The position numbers and the translations under genes were made by a program. DNA of 64,000 nucleotides from an uncultured Eubacteriales bacterium (GTDB lineage Bacteria > Bacillota > Clostridia > Oscillospirales > CAG-272): NCBI GenBank assembly GCA_934446365.1, contig CAKSDZ010000005.1:9685-73684 (forward strand), in the 5' to 3' direction. Shown here piece by piece: positions 60,092 to 64,000 of this stretch; position 1 is the first letter of the stretch, and each line of letters opens with the position of its first letter. The notes below the pieces were generated by a model. It worked only from the letters and a program-made list of their open reading frames with translations. It had not been told where the DNA came from and did not search any database.

Positions 60092-61453
60092 TCACATAAA
60101 TTCATTGCAGATGCTGTTGATTTCATATTCAAAGGAGCTGTCCTCCGCCATTTTGTTTTTGATTACATCGACGGAGGCGAGAATCGTCGTATGGTCGCGG
60201 CCGAATATTTTCGCCGTGTTTTGGAGGGAAATATTGGTTACGCGGCGAATGACGTAGATTGCAATATGTCGGGGCAAGGCAATTTCGTTGGTTCTCTTTT
60301 TCCCTTTGATATCCTCTACTGATATGTTATATCGTTTTGAGATATTTTCGATGATTTGCTCGGCTACAAGCGCCGGCGGAACGGTACCGGAAATCACGCC
60401 GGAAAGCACGTTTCTTGCAATATCCACCGTGATGGTGGAGCCGTTGACAAAGCTGTATGCACCGAGCTTTTTGATGACGCCTTCGAGCTGACGGATATTG
60501 CTCTTGACGTTTTCCCCAAGAAAGTTCAGAACATCATCGGAAAGCTTGACATTCATAATCTGTGCCTTGCGTTTCAGAATAGCGACGCGCAGCTCCGTGT
60601 CCGGCGGCTGGATATCGACGATAAGCCCCCCTTCAAAACGGCTTTGAATCCGTTCCTCCAAATGCTGAATGTCTTTCGGGGGACGGTCGGAGGTTAGAAT
60701 AATCTGCTTTCCCGCGTCATATAGGGAATTGAACGTATGGAAAAATTCCTCTTGTGTTGCGACCTTGCCGGCAATAAACTGAATGTCGTCGATCAGCAGC
60801 ATGTCGGCGTTGCGGTATTTTTCCTTGAATTTGGAGGTCGTTTTCTTTTCGATTGAACGGACGAGCTCGTTTGTGAAATCCTCTCCCTTGACGAAGATAA
60901 TATTGAAAGTCGGTCTTGTCCGCTTGACCTCGTTTGCAATCGCTTTCATCAGATGGGTTTTTCCGAGACCGCTGGCTCCGTATAGAAAGAGCGGATTATA
61001 TGCGGTCGGATGATTGGCTACCGCAACGGAAGCGGCATGCGCGAGCTTGTTGGAGCTTCCCACAATGAAATTTTCAAAGGTATAGTCCTTTTCCGAAACA
61101 AAGGCAGAACCGCTTATCTCGCTTTGTGCCTCGGAATCCGCTGTATCGGCCTCGGGAATATCCGGTTTTTTGATTTCCTCGGATAAGGCATTTTCAAGAC
61201 GGAAGGAGGATTTTGCAAAAATTTTGACAGTTATATGAAAGTTTAAAGTATCGTCGAATATCTTTTCAATTTCAGGCGCATATTTTTTATTCAATAAATC
61301 GACAAAGCCATCGCTTGTGGTTGTAATGAAGCCTTTTTCGTCGTCAAGATAGACAAGCTCAAAATTGTTGAACCAAAGCTCCATGACCGCATCCGTGTAT
61401 TTTTTTGAAAGCTCGTCGAATACGATATTCCAAATGTCCTTGTAGGAATTCAA
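60092..61453 (-). CDS. dnaA: Chromosomal replication initiator protein DnaA
   Basis: AAA+ motifs GASGLGKTHL and LLIDDIQF. C-terminal DNA-binding helix region (FGRDHTTILAS). The ORF is open to the ATG at 61519, which has no SD. The TTG at 61453 follows AGAGGGA and gives MNSYKDIWNIVFDEL, aligning with canonical DnaA N-termini. Confidence 0.93.
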   Translation of the reverse strand: MNSYKDIWNIVFDELSKKYTDAVMELWFNNFELVYLDDEKGFITTTSDGFVDLLNKKYAPEIEKIFDDTLNFHITVKIFAKSSFRLENALSEEIKKPDIPEADTADSEAQSEISGSAFVSEKDYTFENFIVGSSNKLAHAASVAVANHPTAYNPLFLYGASGLGKTHLMKAIANEVKRTRPTFNIIFVKGEDFTNELVRSIEKKTTSKFKEKYRNADMLLIDDIQFIAGKVATQEEFFHTFNSLYDAGKQIILTSDRPPKDIQHLEERIQSRFEGGLIVDIQPPDTELRVAILKRKAQIMNVKLSDDVLNFLGENVKSNIRQLEGVIKKLGAYSFVNGSTITVDIARNVLSGVISGTVPPALVAEQIIENISKRYNISVEDIKGKKRTNEIALPRHIAIYVIRRVTNISLQNTAKIFGRDHTTILASVDVIKNKMAEDSSFEYEINSICNEFM

Positions 61454-61519
61454 GTTTTTCCCTCTTTCCGGTTTTTGATTTTCCGCCGCTTGAAATAGAA
61501 ATAAGTTCGGCAACACCAT

Positions 61520-61733
61520 AGATTATATAATAATATATAATATTATATCATATAACGATGGAAAAATCAAGGTATATTTTAGGATTCCTGCTTTTCCTTT
61601 GTCTAAATGAAAATAAAAAATGGAGCAAAGGATAAAAATATAAAAATAACAGTGGAAATCGGCTGAAATTTATGATACACTGATTGCGAAAACAAGGTAT
61701 TTTAGATGTAGGTCAATTTGTTCGGAGGAAAAA
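61520..61733. other. AT-rich dnaA upstream region (dnaA promoter and possible second oriC half/DUE)
   Basis: Near-pure AT run gattatataataatatataatattatatcatataa at 61521-61555. Only weak DnaA-box-like words appear (cagtggaaat). Confidence 0.4.
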
Positions 61734-62513
61734 ATGACAACGATAAAGCTTTTGATGCTCGGCGATGTGAGCCGTCCCGCATCCTGTGATTATCTTGCGG
61801 AAAAGCTATGGACTTACCGAAAGGAAAACGAAATCGATTTTGCCGTTGTCAACGGAGAAAACAGCGCCGAGGGAAACGGAATCGATAAAACGTCGGCGCA
61901 TACACTGCTTTCTGCGGGCGCCGACGTCATTACAACAGGGAACCATGCGTTTCGCCGCTATGATGCAAAAAATTTGTTTGAGAAAAACAAAAATATCCTG
62001 CGGCCGGCAAATTTTCCGGGAAGTGTTCCGGGAGACGGGGCTGTTTTGACGGAAGCTGCGGGAATGTCGGTTCTTGTTATCAACATACTTGGAATTGTCA
62101 TGATGGAGCCGCTTGAAAATCCGTTTGTCTGCGCCGACAGGATATTGAAGCGCTACGAGGGAGAATATGATATTTCCATCCTTGACTTCCATGCGGAAGC
62201 GACCTCCGAAAAGCAGGCACTCTCCCATTATCTCGACGGAAGAGTGACAGTCTTTTTCGGCACGCACACGCATGTGGCGACGGCGGACGAATGTATTCTG
62301 CCGAAGGGAACGGCATATATCACCGACGTCGGCATGTGCGGACCGGATTTCAGCGTGCTTGGAATCAAGCCCGAATGCATCATAGAGAAAATGACGACCT
62401 ATCTGCCGGTGAAATTCATTCCGTCGGAAAATAAGATTACGGCGCATGGAATCCTTGTGGAAATCGACAGGGAAACAAAAAGGGCGGTTTCGATTCGGCG
62501 CATTGCGTTTTGA
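61734..62513 (+). CDS. ymdB: YmdB-type metallophosphoesterase (TIGR00282 family, 2',3'-cyclic-nucleotide phosphodiesterase)
   Basis: 259 aa. LMLGDV, NGENSAEGNG, TTGNH, DFHAEATSEK, GTHTHV motifs. Confidence 0.88.
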   Translation: MTTIKLLMLGDVSRPASCDYLAEKLWTYRKENEIDFAVVNGENSAEGNGIDKTSAHTLLSAGADVITTGNHAFRRYDAKNLFEKNKNILRPANFPGSVPGDGAVLTEAAGMSVLVINILGIVMMEPLENPFVCADRILKRYEGEYDISILDFHAEATSEKQALSHYLDGRVTVFFGTHTHVATADECILPKGTAYITDVGMCGPDFSVLGIKPECIIEKMTTYLPVKFIPSENKITAHGILVEIDRETKRAVSIRRIAF

Positions 62514-62536
62514 ATTTGCCGGAATATGTGTGAAAA

Positions 62537-63127
62537 ATGAAAGCGGAAAAGACTCCAATAACGATACGAATGGCTGATATAAGCGACGCCGAAGCCCTGT
62601 TGAGGATTTATGCGCCGTATGTGGAAAAAACCGCAGTCACTTTTGAATATGAAGTGCCGACAGTTGAGGAATTTCGAGCGAGAATCGAAAAAGTCAGAGG
62701 AAAATATCCGTATCTTGCCGCGGTGGAAAATGGAACGGTTGTCGGCTATTCCTATGCGAAGCCGTTCGGAGAGCGGGCAGCCTATGAAAGAGCTGCGGAA
62801 ACGGTTCTCTATATCTCGGAAAGCCAAAGGGGAAAAGGGATAGGGACGCTTCTTTACAGCAGACTTGAAGAAATTTTAAAGCGGCAAAATATCGTCAACT
62901 TATATGCGAGCATCGCCGTCACAAAGGGAGAGGACGACATGTATCTGACAAAGGCAAGTCCTGCGTTCCATGCCGTCCGCGGATACCGCGAGATCGGATA
63001 TTTTACAAAATGCGGGTATAAATTTGGAAATTGGTACGATATGATTTGGATGGAAAAATTTATCGGTTCTCACGATATGGCTCCAAAAGCATTTCTGCCT
63101 GTCACAGAGCTTACGGAAAAAATTTGA
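62537..63127 (+). CDS. GNAT-family N-acetyltransferase (phosphinothricin/YncA-like)
   Basis: 196 aa. IRMADISDAEALLRIY..., acetyl-CoA loop QRGKGIGTLLY. Confidence 0.8.
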   Translation: MKAEKTPITIRMADISDAEALLRIYAPYVEKTAVTFEYEVPTVEEFRARIEKVRGKYPYLAAVENGTVVGYSYAKPFGERAAYERAAETVLYISESQRGKGIGTLLYSRLEEILKRQNIVNLYASIAVTKGEDDMYLTKASPAFHAVRGYREIGYFTKCGYKFGNWYDMIWMEKFIGSHDMAPKAFLPVTELTEKI

Positions 63128-63173
63128 TAAGCGTACCGACGAAAATTCAAAAAATAAAATTTCAGGAGAAAAC

Positions 63174-64000
63174 ATGAATATTATCAAGGATAAAGCGCTT
63201 GCAAAAAGCGGACATGACAAAATAAACTGGGTGAAAAGCTATATGCCGGTTTTAAATTCCATCGAGGCGGAATTTGAGAGAACAAAACCGTTTGCCGGCA
63301 AAAAAATCGCGATGTCGATTCATTTGGAGGCAAAAACGGCGTATCTTGCCACGGTATTGCGTGCGGGGGGCGCCGAGGTACATTCCACCGGCTGCAATCC
63401 GCTTTCCACGCAGGACGACGTTGCGGCAGCTCTCTCCGAGCTTGGTGTGAACGTATATGCCGTCCGTGGTGTGGACGAAAAGACATATATATCCCATCTT
63501 ACCCGCGCGCTTTCCTGTCATCCGGATGTCATCATCGACGACGGAGGGGATTTCATCGGGCTTCTGCACGGAGACTGCCGTGCATACGGCGACAGGCTGC
63601 TCGGCGGCTGTGAGGAGACGACGACGGGCATACATAGACTCCGCCAGAGAGAGGCCGCGGGAACGCTCGATTATACGATGATCGATATCAACGACGCGGA
63701 CTGCAAGCATCTTTTCGACAATCGATACGGCACGGGGCAGTCCACGCTGGACGCTGTCATGCATGCGACAAATCTCGTGATCGCCGGCAAAAAGGCGGTT
63801 GTGGCCGGCTACGGCTGGTGCGGCAAGGGAATCGCAAAGCGGCTTGCCGGCATGGGCGCCGTCGTGATTGTGACGGAAGTCGATCCGGTGCGCGCATTGG
63901 AAGCGACAATGGACGGATTCACCGTCATGAAAATGGACGATGCGGCGGCGGTCGGAGATCTTTTTATCACCGCAACGGGCTGTGAAAACGTCATCGTGGG
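63174..64000 (+). CDS. ahcY: Adenosylhomocysteinase, N-terminal part (runs off right edge)
   Basis: Not in the ORF track because there is no stop in the window. My translation from the ATG at 63174 (AGGAGA RBS) gives MNIIKDKALAKSGHDKINWVKSYMPVL...KPFAGKKIAMSIHLEAKTAYL...GCNPLSTQDDVAAAL...EETTTG...DNRYGTGQS...VAGYGWCGKG. Confidence 0.9.
   Translation, partial: MNIIKDKALAKSGHDKINWVKSYMPVLNSIEAEFERTKPFAGKKIAMSIHLEAKTAYLATVLRAGGAEVHSTGCNPLSTQDDVAAALSELGVNVYAVRGVDEKTYISHLTRALSCHPDVIIDDGGDFIGLLHGDCRAYGDRLLGGCEETTTGIHRLRQREAAGTLDYTMIDINDADCKHLFDNRYGTGQSTLDAVMHATNLVIAGKKAVVAGYGWCGKGIAKRLAGMGAVVIVTEVDPVRALEATMDGFTVMKMDDAAAVGDLFITATGCENVIV

Overview
Chromosomal window from an endospore-forming, Clostridia-type Firmicute. 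That assignment is an inference from spoIIE, spoIVB, an SLH-anchored giant surface protein and Firmicute gene order. GC looks moderately high by eye.

Main content:
- Replication-origin block on the minus strand: dnaA, a DnaA-box cluster, dnaN, recF, remB, gyrB, gyrA, then unusually recA-recX 29 nt after gyrA.
- Conserved plus-strand housekeeping string: yicC-remA-gmk-rpoZ-priA-def-fmt-rsmB-rlmN-stp-pknB-rsgA.
- Also potABCD, pheST with a clear T-box leader, rny, pfkA, ybaK, a GH3 NagZ-like lipoprotein, a PepV-type dipeptidase, a 1547-aa SLH protein, and a PocR/AraC regulator followed by an orphan corrinoid-binding protein, an EEP phosphoesterase and a Cys/His-rich protein.

I found no rRNA, tRNA, CRISPR array, transposase, integrase, phage gene or recognisable defence gene.

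The most unusual signal is non-coding. A 1.2-kb array of three tandem ~400-bp hairpin-dense units lies between pfkA and ybaK (16186-17400). Its helices are kept by compensatory substitutions between units, and I cannot assign it to any RNA or repeat family I know.

Secondary observations:
- a duplicated 24-nt element at identical spacing before two tandem promoters of the S-layer-type gene
- a terminator-containing leader before potABCD
- a C-terminal TM anchor on PotD
- a PASTA-less Ser/Thr kinase
- origin-proximal synteny and strand-orientation oddities

All calls rest on reading the sequence and the supplied ORF track. No database search was run.
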